A stretch of DNA of 63,995 nucleotides, counting the filler, from Blastocystis sp. subtype 4 (taxonomy: Eukaryota): the NCBI RefSeq assembly GCF_000743755.1. It is 3 parts of 3 records of this genome, joined end to end, with 100 filler letters (N's around TTAATTAATTAA, not from the genome) between each part and the next. Parts side by side here need not be neighbours in the genome. Positions count along the whole stretch, not along the records: positions 22,890 to 44,654 come from NW_014569363.1; 2 more parts are not named here. One strand, given 5' to 3'. The position numbers were made by a program, and so were the translations under genes. Numbering within the stretch: position 1 is the stretch's first letter; every line of letters begins with the position of its first letter. This document shows, piece after piece, positions 24,108-35,167 of the stretch. The notes beneath the pieces were generated by a model. It did not search any database. It was not told the origin of the DNA and saw only the letters and a list, made by a program, of their open reading frames with translations.

Positions 24108-25976
24108 ATGACCTCTCTCACAGAACGACTCGATATTGCTGCTCACCTTCGTGGTATTAGTATGGCATCGAGAGAATCCAATTCTTCTCAGACAGAATGG
24201 ACTCGTAAGTATGATGCCGAAAAGTCGCAGTATATTTGGATCAATAACAAGACGCTAGTGGAGTACACAGAGGATCCATTCCATTTTGCCTCTCCTCTCA
24301 CTGTCCCTCCAGATGTGAGAGATCGATGGATTCAGGTCTATGATGAACGTGAAAAGAAAATCTTATGGGTAAATCCATCTTTGGGAAAGGAACAGTGGGT
24401 GGACCCAGCAAAGACAACAATGTCGACTGAAGTCCTGTATCGTTATGTAGGTATTATTCATGTAGAACTCCTCGTATCGCCAAAGCAGTTCATCTAGAAG
24501 AGTATGCAATGATTCACTTCAATCTACAAGGACTTAGAAAGAGTATGTCTATTCATAAGGCCTTGGTATTTGAACCCCATCCATTGTCGCATCCCTTATT
24601 GAAGATGGACAGAACCTTTCATTCTGCTGCTCTGCTATTCAATCAGCATCTTTGGAATTATACAGATAGTTCTCTCGGCAGTAAAGATCCAGAATCTCAT
24701 CTTCCAAAGATGATTGCCTTGCTGTTAATAGCCCCACCTCTGCTAGTGGATGAATTATACTGTCAAGTAGTAAAGCAAATGACAGAATGCAGCAACCAGT
24801 AGTATCATAATTCTTATGACAAATAGATCAATTGTAGACAAAACCTGGAATGTGTTGTTGCTTCTCGTATTTAGTCGACTTCCCTCTGATGAATTATATC
24901 CTTGTATCGAGTTCTATGTACAGAATAGTACAAATACTCTGAATATGCAATTCACGCAACATTGTCTAGAAGTGATGCGATCATGTCATGAGATTGGACC
25001 CATCCAGGAAGTTCCATCTATAGAAACCATGAATCGGGTTCTAGTGCCTCTTGAATACGATTGTGATCTGTAGAAGAATGAGAAACAGTCCTTTACAGTT
25101 CATACTCTCGTCGGAAAGACAGTTGTCGTGGAAGTACCTTTAATGGCAATAGTACAGGACTTACTTACTGTTGTTGCGACTGAATTACACACACAAGCAG
25201 GAACAGCCCTCTTTCGATTATTTCGTGTTGTTCCTGAAGGAGAGATTCCGCTTCCATCTTCCCAACGTGTCTGTGATCTCGTTGGTATGGCTCAGTTGCT
25301 GTATTCGATTGCCTATTATCTACCTTTCAATCTGAAGAATGAAACCATGGTACAGTTTGTGTATTATCAAGCCGTTCATGATCTTCACGGCGGTCGATAT
25401 TTTCGGTCTGATCAGGATTATTATACATTAATCTCCCTTGCTCTTCAGCAACAACTTCAAGACTTCTCAGGAGATAATCGTTTACTCTTGTTCGTTTCAT
25501 GGAATCATTTTATTCATAGCCAAGAGATTATCAAACTACTGCCTCCTCATCTTGCTCAACCCAATCGTCGAATGATCAGTGAAGCAGAAGTGTTAAAAGT
25601 GTACTCCAAACTCCGTGGTTATTCTCCCCATGAGTGTGTTCTTTCTCTCCTGGAATACATTCAAGCATGGGATGATTATGGTGTTACGCATTTCTATGGA
25701 ACAGTAGGTATTGAAAAGTGTGTTTATGGTAGCAATTATCTCCTGAAGAGAATCCAGATAGTCTTTTGGGTGTGGCCCCGAAGGGTATTCTGGTAGGTTC
25801 GCTGATGTCTCGATCCTATACATCCTTCTTTCCATATTCATCTATTGCAATATGGGGACATTCATCCAATTCTATCTCGTTCTATCTAACTACGAAACCC
25901 CTCCAGATTCGGTATTCGTTTACTGTGCAACACTCTGACGAAGCATTTGAATTGATTCAGTATTATTGTAATCACT
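24108..25976 (+). CDS. Two WW-like domains, MyTH4 and FERM, no motor domain; stop probably completed by poly(A)
   Basis: WW-like EWTRKYD...IWINNKT...EDP and WIQVYD...WVNP...QWVDP; MyTH4 LVDELYCQVVKQMT; FERM YQAVHDLHGGRY, WDDYGVTHF; ends NH T|TCAG TGTTTGTT (25981-25988). Confidence 0.8.
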
Positions 25977-26047
25977 TCAGTGTTTGTTAGATGAAATTGA
26001 GCCTTGCTTTTCTTGCTTTTAACAAACATATCATTATACATATTACA

Positions 26048-29000
26048 CTATTCTTCTTCATCAATCTTCAACAAACCCTTCTTCTCCTTCTTATTTCGGT
26101 CAATTCTCTCTTGGATAGTATCTAACGTTGCCTTGCGAGTTACGCTACCTCCTCGCACTCTCTTATTCTGCTTCTTTGTCCTCTGCGAATACAAGAAGGC
26201 ACCAATCGTGGCAATCACAACTACAACTAGAAGAACAACTATAGCAATCGTAGTCTTCGACACTGGCTTTCGAAGAATCGGATTAATCGTCATTACGAAA
26301 TACATGCCCTGAGGGAAGTTCTGAGGGGCATTCTCATAAATCAAATAAGAAATATCCTGCTGCAAAGCTACTGTCTGTGCATACACATAATCAGCAATAC
26401 GCAGATCTGTCGTCACACGAACATTGAAACATACATTCTTTGTCTCTGAATCCGAACAATCTCGCTTCAAGAACACGTTGATATTCTCCTTCTTGGCAAG
26501 CAGCGTATTACGCACCACATCAATAAAACGACTGTTCACATAGACTTCGTAGTTTTCCATCGTGCAATTCGATACCATGAACTTGAAGTCAATATATGAC
26601 GAAGAAGAATCCGGACGTGTTGACAGACATGATGATGTATCAACCTTCTCCCATTGAGGATCGTATACATTAAGAATACAACGACGAGTCGATTCACCAA
26701 ACGAGTTACGAGAACAGGATCCATATGACATCTCACCTGTCATAATACTCTCCCATCCCTTCTCCTTTGGACAGTACACAATATTACATGTGTACAGAGA
26801 AATCTCTCCAATCGTTCCAGTGTTACTGTCATTATTTGTCTCATCAATCTGCATACGATAAGCATTGTAAGACTTTGTATTTGGAATCACAATCTCTGCA
26901 CTTCCATATTGTTCTCGGAACAGGTTGCGATCATCCACAGTAATCAACACATCACCATTCTCCTTGTCCCGCATTCCCAAAATCTCAAACTTCTTTGGAT
27001 GATTCTGGTTGTACGACTGTGTGGCTCGCAACACAACCTTGTTAATATACTCAAAACGATCAAAGTAATAGGTGAACTGAATGAATACAGGAAGATTCGT
27101 GTCTCTCCATGGTGTCATCGCAAATGAATCAAAGGCAGCAGAGGCAGGATAACGGGGATTAGGAGAATGATGACTATCCGAAGCCTCACCACGATCCGTT
27201 CGCAACATACATGTGCCTGATAAGAGGGAGGCATACATATCGAAATAAATTCCAGTGTCAGGAGCCTCTTCATAACGATGCAACTCCACAGCCAACACGT
27301 TGACACCATTTTGCAGCACACTTGTTGGAACACTGCTTCGACGCCACACCAGACTATCATAACGAGAAACTGCCAAGGTGCTTTCAGTCACTTCATCTGA
27401 TGGCATGTTTCGACGCACCACTTCCTGCCCATTGATATATGCCACAATTCCATCCATAATCTCTAGATCAAAAGCGAAGATCGGGTATTTGTTCTTATTA
27501 TCAACAGTGAACTCTTTGCGGAAATATACTGTATTCGTTGTAAAGTTACCGAACTCACCACTTGCAGCCATCGGCCAGTTGCTATCCTTGAAATTCAGAG
27601 TGTTCCAATTCTTGCTGACTTTGGATGAAGCATAATAGTGCATGGGCAAGTCATCAAGAATGGCATAATTTATAGTGAAGTACTCAGTCTGCTCACCACT
27701 ACCATCTGTCAACAATAGAGATGTCAGCAGATCTTCCCACGAATCCTTCACCAGAAGTTCCTGACCAGTACTCCACACTCCTGAAGAAGCGGTTGTTCTC
27801 ATAACCACCCGATAATCCGCATTTGCCATACACAAAGTTTTAGAGTATGCTGAATTGGTAAACTCAACACTCAAAAGCTCTTCTCCTTCCATCGTGTAGA
27901 TGGATACTGATTCTCCTTCACGACCATACGAACGAGACAACGTCATTAATGACTGATTATCAGGGCAGGTTCCGACATTAAACTCCACCACAACTTGATT
28001 CTGACCCACCTCATTCGATGCCGTCACTGTATATTTGTAAATGCCTTGCTTTGTGAACGAACCTCGAAGAGTAGTTCCTGACAGAGTCACTCCAGAAGGA
28101 AGAGTTGGGCTGACAACAAGAGGCAAGAAAACTCCTTCGACTTGCAACGTCACCTCAAATTGCTCACGCACAGCCAGCATCAAAGAAGGCTCCGATACTG
28201 TAATTGTTGGTTTCTCAGTCACAATTGTCTTGAGTTCTCCGGTGACTCGGCTGCCTCCTCGTGAATTCAAGTACAAAAAGTTGATTCCATCTTCACGCTC
28301 CAGGTTCAGTGTACATGTTTCACGATTTGACAATCCACATGTTAGAGAATACTCATAGGTGTCAGCAGGAAGACAGAAAACAACACTATATCTACTGCGA
28401 CTGAGATTCGTCTGTTGATACACAGTTTCATTATTCTTTGATATAGTCAGAGTACCAGCCAAACGTTCAACCCGTGTCGAATACAAGAACTTTCCATACT
28501 GGCAGCCTGTGACAGTAATATATAATGTCTTCGAAATATAACCTCCATTATTCGAAGCCGTGATTGTGAATGCAGTCCGTGATATAGATACTGTAGGAGT
28601 TCCAGCTAAAGATATAGCTGGACCATAAATGTTAAGGCCACTGGGTAGGTCAGGTTCCACTTTCCAGTTCTGAGGATTATTATTTGCAGTAAGTGTCAGA
28701 CTTTGCATGGCTTCAAACTGCTGAAGTGTTACCTCTGTCACTTCCGCTCCAGTGCTATCCTTAATTGATAGCGTTGATGGAGGTTCCACATAGGACACTT
28801 CTAGAACTATTGTGGTTCGGAGAACAGTGCTTCCCGATGTGGCTGTGATGGTGTAGGTCGTTTCATCCGAGTCTTCGGAGGGAGAACCGGTGATCATTCC
28901 ACTGGACTGAATCATCAAACCAGCAGGCAAGTCCGGGTCTGATGAGAACACAGCACCAGGCATCGTCACACCGAAGAACACAGGTGCGTTTCCAAGAATA

Positions 29001-30928
29001 CTCACATAACGATAGTAATGCGTACGTTGTGTTGTATAGGAGAAAGCAGTCTCTGGAATATGACCCAACTTCAAAGCGGGAATCTGAACATATTCCTCAT
29101 CAGACCCTTTCTTCCATGTTAGAAGAATACCAAAAGCATCATTGTTTGAGAAATACTGAACTTCAATCGGATAATATCCAGCTTGGTTGAACGTGATCGA
29201 TCCTTCCTTCTCGGTCATTGAATTCAAGCATCCCCAGTTCTCAATCACATTCTGATCATTGATCATCAAACGAGCACCATCTCGATTCTCCAACTTGAAC
29301 ATGTATTCACCTGACACATCCACATAGAGATAACCCTTCCACACTACATAGAATGTAGAGAACACTTCTCCGGGAATATTCGTCCACGCAGAACCAGCAG
29401 ACAATTCTGAATGATAAATATTCTCATCCACTGTTTCCACCATCAATGATAGAAACGAAGAGGGGAATGTCTGTCTCTGGCAGATTTGCATACCATTGAG
29501 TCGATAATACTTTGCAGCCAGTCCACTCACAGGAAGACCACCAACTGTTACCTGAACTACTGCTGTCGTCACTCCCAACGGACCTGTTGCACTAATTGTA
29601 TATTCCCCAGTAGAGCTCACTGAAGAAGAACCACTAATCACACCAGATACAGGATTAATGGAAATACCAACAGGCAGACTTGGAGAAACTGTATAGGAAG
29701 TCACATACGAACCACGAAGACGAGGACGAGTTGTATCAATCGTACCTGAAATGAATGTAACAATATCACTTTCCTCGAGGAACGAAGGAGCCCTTCCTCC
29801 AACAAAGGTTACCACCTTATCAATTGTCGTCAGAGGAAGACTGGCAGCTTCCGACATGTACTGTACATGTAAACGAGCAGCTCCATCCTGATTACTGAAA
29901 TACAGTCTCATCAAATGACGACCCGAAGTGAGAGAAATTGTACCATTTCTGGTCGTCTCTCGGTTTGTAATAAATGAAACTACAGGTACTGCTGAATCAT
30001 CAAACAGCAACTTAACACTGCCTTGACTAGTAACAACGAACGTGTACTCAGCTGCACCACCAATGTTCAAATAACCAGTGATACTAGCAGAGAATGTTTC
30101 TTCAATTCGATCATCTAGACCTGGCCAAGTATGGTCCTGATCTGAAGAGTAATCATCAGCCAAATCAAGAGTCTCCAAAAGTGAACAGACTTCCGCATTA
30201 TTATCATAAAACCATGATTCCTCATAAAGGCCATTTGTTAAAACACTTGAATAATAGCATGCACTAAGACCCGCAATATTAGCTTCCGACTGCGCTATCA
30301 ATCATTTCTCTTCTTAGATTCCTACCCTTATAATTGAGAGTAAATGTAGTTGAAATACTTCCAAACTGATTTGTTCCCGTCACCTGATACGACATACGCG
30401 ACACACCTCCGTTGTAAATACCCGAAATCGTTCCACTCGTTGTATTGAGAGATAGACCATTTCCTATCACAGGAGAAATGCTGTACTCTGTGAAAACTGT
30501 ATTTCCCACGAAATCAATAGGAATAATGGCTAGGCCACTGTATACTGTCTGCTCAGTAAAACCAGTTGTCAAATAGGTGGGCTGACCCACAACTATACAT
30601 TAATATGGAACATGAATATTACCTCCAATAACAAAAGTCCCAGAATCTCGTCCAGTAGTAATCGTATACGTCGTATATGGAGATGGCTCGGAAGGAGTAC
30701 CCGAGATAACTCCATTGGCATAACGAAGACCGTTCGGAAGGACCGGATTAATTGAAGCAGTACGGGAAGTGGTTGTACAACGAATCTGCGCAGATTCACC
30801 AGTTGTCACGACGTTCTGATTCGTTCCACAAGATATCGTTGCAGCATTCACGACTACATCAAATCAGTAAATGGAAATATACTCGAAATCGCTATCATAA
30901 GAACCACGAGATAGAAAACCAATCTCAT
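26048..30928 (-). CDS. Large type I membrane protein: signal peptide, putative-Ig (He_PIG-like) repeats, two PA14 domains, galactose-binding-like domains, Cys-rich module, TM, short tail
   Basis: LPxGLxxxxxxGxISGTP repeats; PA14-type FSASITGYLNI...GRHLMRLYF and WKGYLYV...DGARLMIN...YPIEVQYF; DGIVAYINGQEV; TM IAIVVLLVVVVIATIGAFLY. Confidence 0.85.
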
Positions 30929-31073
30929 TTGGGAAAAAGAAATACTGTAGATGTGATATGAACAGAACACAAGACACAACACAAAACACATTTCAACAAT
31001 ATCTTCTATTAGAATTCGATTAATGTAGTGTTTGGATTCAAATATCTATTTATAACAAACAATGATAATCATA

Positions 31074-32069
31074 TTACAAATTAACAAAAGGATACGAAGA
31101 CATCAGATGAATACCACAGGTACCATAATAGTCATCTGTTATAGCAAGGCGAATGTAGCCATTCTCACCCCATTTCTCACCCCAACTGTTCTTCACAATA
31201 TAGTAAGGTTTAGTGGCATCCACACTGTATCCTACTGCCAAAACACCGTGATTCAGAGAGTGGCCACAGGCAGAATCATCCAATACACCGGATTGGTAGT
31301 TTTGGAACACCACTGTATCTGCCTCAATAGCTACTGATACCGGATTACGAGCAATTGCCTTCATCAATTCATACGAGCTTCCTGCAGGAACATCATAATA
31401 CCCAAGAATGCTCGTCTTTGGAGGAACCTTTTTGCATGAATTCTGTCTTCCAGCATACGGATAGTCATCCCAAAGAGGTACTCCATCCTGCATCACAAAT
31501 TCAAATGCATTGTCCATGAGACCTCCACTACAACCATTATCCGAATAATCGCAATCAACGAGATACTGAGGAGACAAATCAACCAGTTCACCTGTGTAGA
31601 TGGCATAAGCTCCTTCAATAGATCCAACAGCACTAAATGCCCAACAAGAACCACAAGATTTCTGATCTTTCACTGTAGACACTGCATTTTTCAATCTCCA
31701 GTCCACTTCACTAGGCAAACCCTGTTTTAGTGAACTAGATCCCGAAGTCGGATACGCCTCGGTTTCTAACAACTCAAATTCCTTAGCCTTCTTCACAATG
31801 GCCTCGTTGACGACAAACCGAGCAGCAAATTCCTCGTGTGACAAATCCGAAAACTGAGTGACTCCCAAGACGTAAGAAGACTGTCGCGCATTATGTTCCT
31901 TGATAATCTCAAGATTCACTGCAAGTTGAGCTTTGCGAAACTTCTGTTCCGACTTATCTACATACTTCTTTCCGAACTCTGTTACGTATTGCAGAAAAGC
32001 ATCATCCAATTGGAAATTATCTCCATTGACATAGAGAAGACAAACTAATAATACTACTACACACAACAT
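31074..32069 (-). CDS. Papain-family (C1A) cathepsin L-like cysteine protease, intronless
   Basis: Signal peptide, I29 prodomain (GVTQFSD), QKSCGSCWAFS, LNHGVLAVGY, KNSWG; motif at 31054-31061. Confidence 0.95.
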   Translation of the reverse strand: MLCVVVLLVCLLYVNGDNFQLDDAFLQYVTEFGKKYVDKSEQKFRKAQLAVNLEIIKEHNARQSSYVLGVTQFSDLSHEEFAARFVVNEAIVKKAKEFELLETEAYPTSGSSSLKQGLPSEVDWRLKNAVSTVKDQKSCGSCWAFSAVGSIEGAYAIYTGELVDLSPQYLVDCDYSDNGCSGGLMDNAFEFVMQDGVPLWDDYPYAGRQNSCKKVPPKTSILGYYDVPAGSSYELMKAIARNPVSVAIEADTVVFQNYQSGVLDDSACGHSLNHGVLAVGYSVDATKPYYIVKNSWGEKWGENGYIRLAITDDYYGTCGIHLMSSYPFVNL

Positions 32070-32183
32070 CCAGATTATGAGAAAGAATAACAGAAAACAG
32101 AACTCTTTCGGTCATAAATGTCTGGCAGAAAATAGTCCTATTTTCGTTATATAGTCTAACAAGAGAGCTTTGAACAAACAAAA

Positions 32184-34001
32184 TCACACATATGTGGATG
32201 TACCAACAGAATCACGATCGTGAAAAACGCTACACTGCAAACCTTGCTGTCGCAAAAAAGAGTTCACATCCAGCTGATTGCTAGATGCCATTTGGAGTTC
32301 ATGAGCAAATTTCCCAAAACTACTCTTGCGAGAGTATATAAGATAGTCACTCTCCTTTAACAACATCAAATCCATGATGGCTCGTTTTGTATATAATTCC
32401 CAGCTGGCAGCCTTCCGAATCTTGGCTTCTGCGCTATGTCCAATTGGAAAATCATTTGCCACATATGTGTTGGTAGGAAATGCCTTCCTTATTTTTCGTA
32501 TGGCAAAATCTGAATCTGATGAGACTAAAACGTACACATCCTGTAGTTGAAGAGAACGAGCTTTCATATACCGCCAGACGAGCGAAACCACTCTGGAAAG
32601 GACTTCCACTGGAAGCATTTCCTTCTCTACATAGTTCGCTTTTTGACCTCCCAATCGTAGCTGCAGTCCAATGATGGTCCGTTCTCGCAGAACTTGGATA
32701 TGATTGTTGATCACTGTACATAGAGATTGACAGGGGTTTAGCAGAAGACGTAGCCAGATGGATCGCACTTCAATTCCCATCCTTGTTTCACTGGTATGAT
32801 TGCTTGAAATCAAACCATTTTCAAGTAGTGTCTTTTGGTAAAACTTTGGTGTCAGCGACCTCGACGTGAAATCAGAGTATGTAGTTAAGAGAATAGTTGG
32901 AGTCTTCAACAACGCGGATAGAGGGTTTCGGGCGTAATAAGGAGCATTTCTTGCTGTTGGAAGATAGTTCCACTCGTAACGATGCAATCCTTTGACTATA
33001 ATCAATCCAACTCCAAGTATGTACTAGGAAAAGAATAGGAAAGATGTGGAAACGGAGGAAAGAAGAGAGTCGTGACATACTCGTGAAAACTTGAAACTAC
33101 AATATTAAACCAGATTCGTATGTACTTTGAACACAGCGGTCTGTTAGAACTCCGATAGCCATAGCTGTGAAGTACCCACGGATCATATTTCCAAGCCCGC
33201 TTTGGGCATGTACTTGATACACTACAACGTTTGTTCCACAATGTAGCTGACGATCAAGGGTTGATTGAAAGTAACGGTTGAGGAGAGATTGTTGAGGGTG
33301 GTGTGGTGGTGGAGATAAAGAAGGTGGAGCAGAGGGTAGAGGAGAAGGAAACAATGGACGGGAAGAGGAAAAAAGGGAAGATAAAGGTAATAGAGACGGT
33401 ATGGATGATGACGAAAGAGACGGCATGGGTGAAGCAGAAGGTGAAGATGATAGTTCCAGAGATAATTTGGATGATAGTAAAGATGAATCACCCGATGACA
33501 TATTAAACGAGGTCGACAAAAAAGGCATCGACGATGCACGAACAGATGAGGTCACTGAAACTACCCTGTCTACTGACAAATCAACAACAGAAGCATTAAG
33601 ACCAACTGTTGAACTGACCACATCAACAGAAGGCGATGAATCAGAAATTTCAATTTGCGATCCTTGAACAGCTACGAACTCATGAGAGGGATACGCAGAC
33701 TCGACTAAAGATTCATTCTTACCAGATACCGACATCCCCCTACACAATAACAGAAGAAAACAAATAAAACGTATTAAAAACAGAATTCATCTCCTTCGTC
33801 CTCCAAAAACTAGCATCACCATCCACTGCATAACTACTGATCAAATCAATAACAGACTAATAACTACTTATCAGGAAGTACTTCTATTATGAACTGATCC
33901 ACTTCGACGTGAGAACGGTCTCCAAAACCAACACTCAAATAGACAATGAGGAAGAAGACACAACATAAAACTAAAAGACTACTCCTCCTCACTTGAATCA
34001 T
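32184..34001 (-). CDS. Type II membrane fucosyltransferase-like enzyme (GT23/GT37/NodZ-like) with Ser/Pro-rich stem
   Basis: SGLGNMIRGY, IGLQLRLGG, VLVSSDS, DLMLLKESDYLIYSRKSSFG; N-terminal TM LLVLCCVFFLIVYL. 5' exon joins not fully resolved. Confidence 0.75.
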
Positions 34002-34021
34002 CGAACTAAAAGAAATAAAAT

Positions 34022-34094
34022 CGCCCACCGAGGGGCTCGAACCCTCGACCACCAGGTTAAGAGCCTGGCGCTCTACCGACTGAGCTAGACGGGC
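34022..34094 (-). tRNA. tRNA-Lys(CTT)
   Basis: Minus strand GCCCGTCTAGCTCAGTCGGTAGAGC...CCAGG-CT CTT AA-CCTGG...GTTCGAG...GTGGGCG. Confidence 0.96.
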
Positions 34095-34163
34095 TAGTAT
34101 AGTTTCGATTCTAGATTATAATAAGAATAATAATTCAACTCTTCTTTTAGATACAGACGAATC

Positions 34164-34646
34164 ATGGAGAAGTCTGCCACTCTTCCTCTCAAAACTGTGA
34201 ACAATATCGTTACCAACACACTAGATGGAAAGGTGAAATGCAGCAAATCCTTTGTTAAGATTGTTTTTATTCAGCTCCTGTTAACATATCTAGATGCAGC
34301 TCTGCGGAAATGCCTTTATTGGTCAACTGGCTATGGAACTGTGCTCGCAAGCAGAGAAGGATAATTCTAAAACCATTAACGATCAAATTGTCTTTAAATC
34401 CTTAGAGAATCTAGGGTTTCATGAACTGGCTGAAGATGTCAAACAGGTGAGTATTTTTATCATCATTTATACTTAGAAGATTGCAGATCCCGTTGGAAAT
34501 GATTCTAGACTTTCATCTGTAGTCATTTGCTACACAAAAGAAACGATCACAGAAGCGAAAAATGCTGGAGATTGTAGAACCGCCACTCAAAAGTGTCTCT
34601 GTGGATACCAAATCAAATTCCATAGACGGTAGCAAGAAAACGTCCT
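34164..34646 (+). CDS. Histone-fold protein, NC2-beta/Dr1-like; stop probably completed by poly(A)
   Basis: LPLKTVNNIV...CGNAFIGQLAME...KTINDQIVFKSLENLGF; ends KTS T|ACGA TGTTTGCT. Confidence 0.72.
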
Positions 34647-34747
34647 ACGATGTTTGCTAACAATCAACAAACAACAAACGAACGGAATAAACATCATAGT
34701 ATTCACAAGAACTCCCAATAAGCGACAGTCTCGCTTCTTAATTCTCT

Positions 34748-34825
34748 TTATTTCGCACGAGCTCTCATCTGTCTTCTCTTGCGTCTCAGACGTCGCATAC
34801 GCTTCTTTGCCCACTTGGCTCTCAT
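34748..34825 (-). CDS. RPL41: 60S ribosomal protein L41 (eL41), 25 aa, not in the ORF track
   Basis: MRAKWAKKRMRRLRRKRRQMRARAK*; motif at 34666-34673; probable 5'UTR intron ending AG|AATG. Confidence 0.95.
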   Translation of the reverse strand: MRAKWAKKRMRRLRRKRRQMRARAK

Positions 34826-35167
34826 TCTAAACACGTTACAATCTTGCTTCTCTCACCAATAAACATTTGTCTGTCAATCAAAAACAACTACTTACTTTGA
34901 ATAATGTACTTACAATGTGAAAAAGGATTCATCAAACCAAGAAGGGGTAAATAGGTGAAGCTATAAATAGATAGAGTCTAATGAAACGAACCCCCATAGG
35001 AACAAACAGATCCTATTTTTACTATTCCAGAAATCTCCATATCCAATAATCACGATTATTCACCACTTCGTCTTTCTCACTTATTCTGCATAGAGCTATT
35101 GTATATACATGGTATTTGGAAATTACAACGCCTGGAGAAGTCATCCTATTGCAAATCCAAAACTCTA

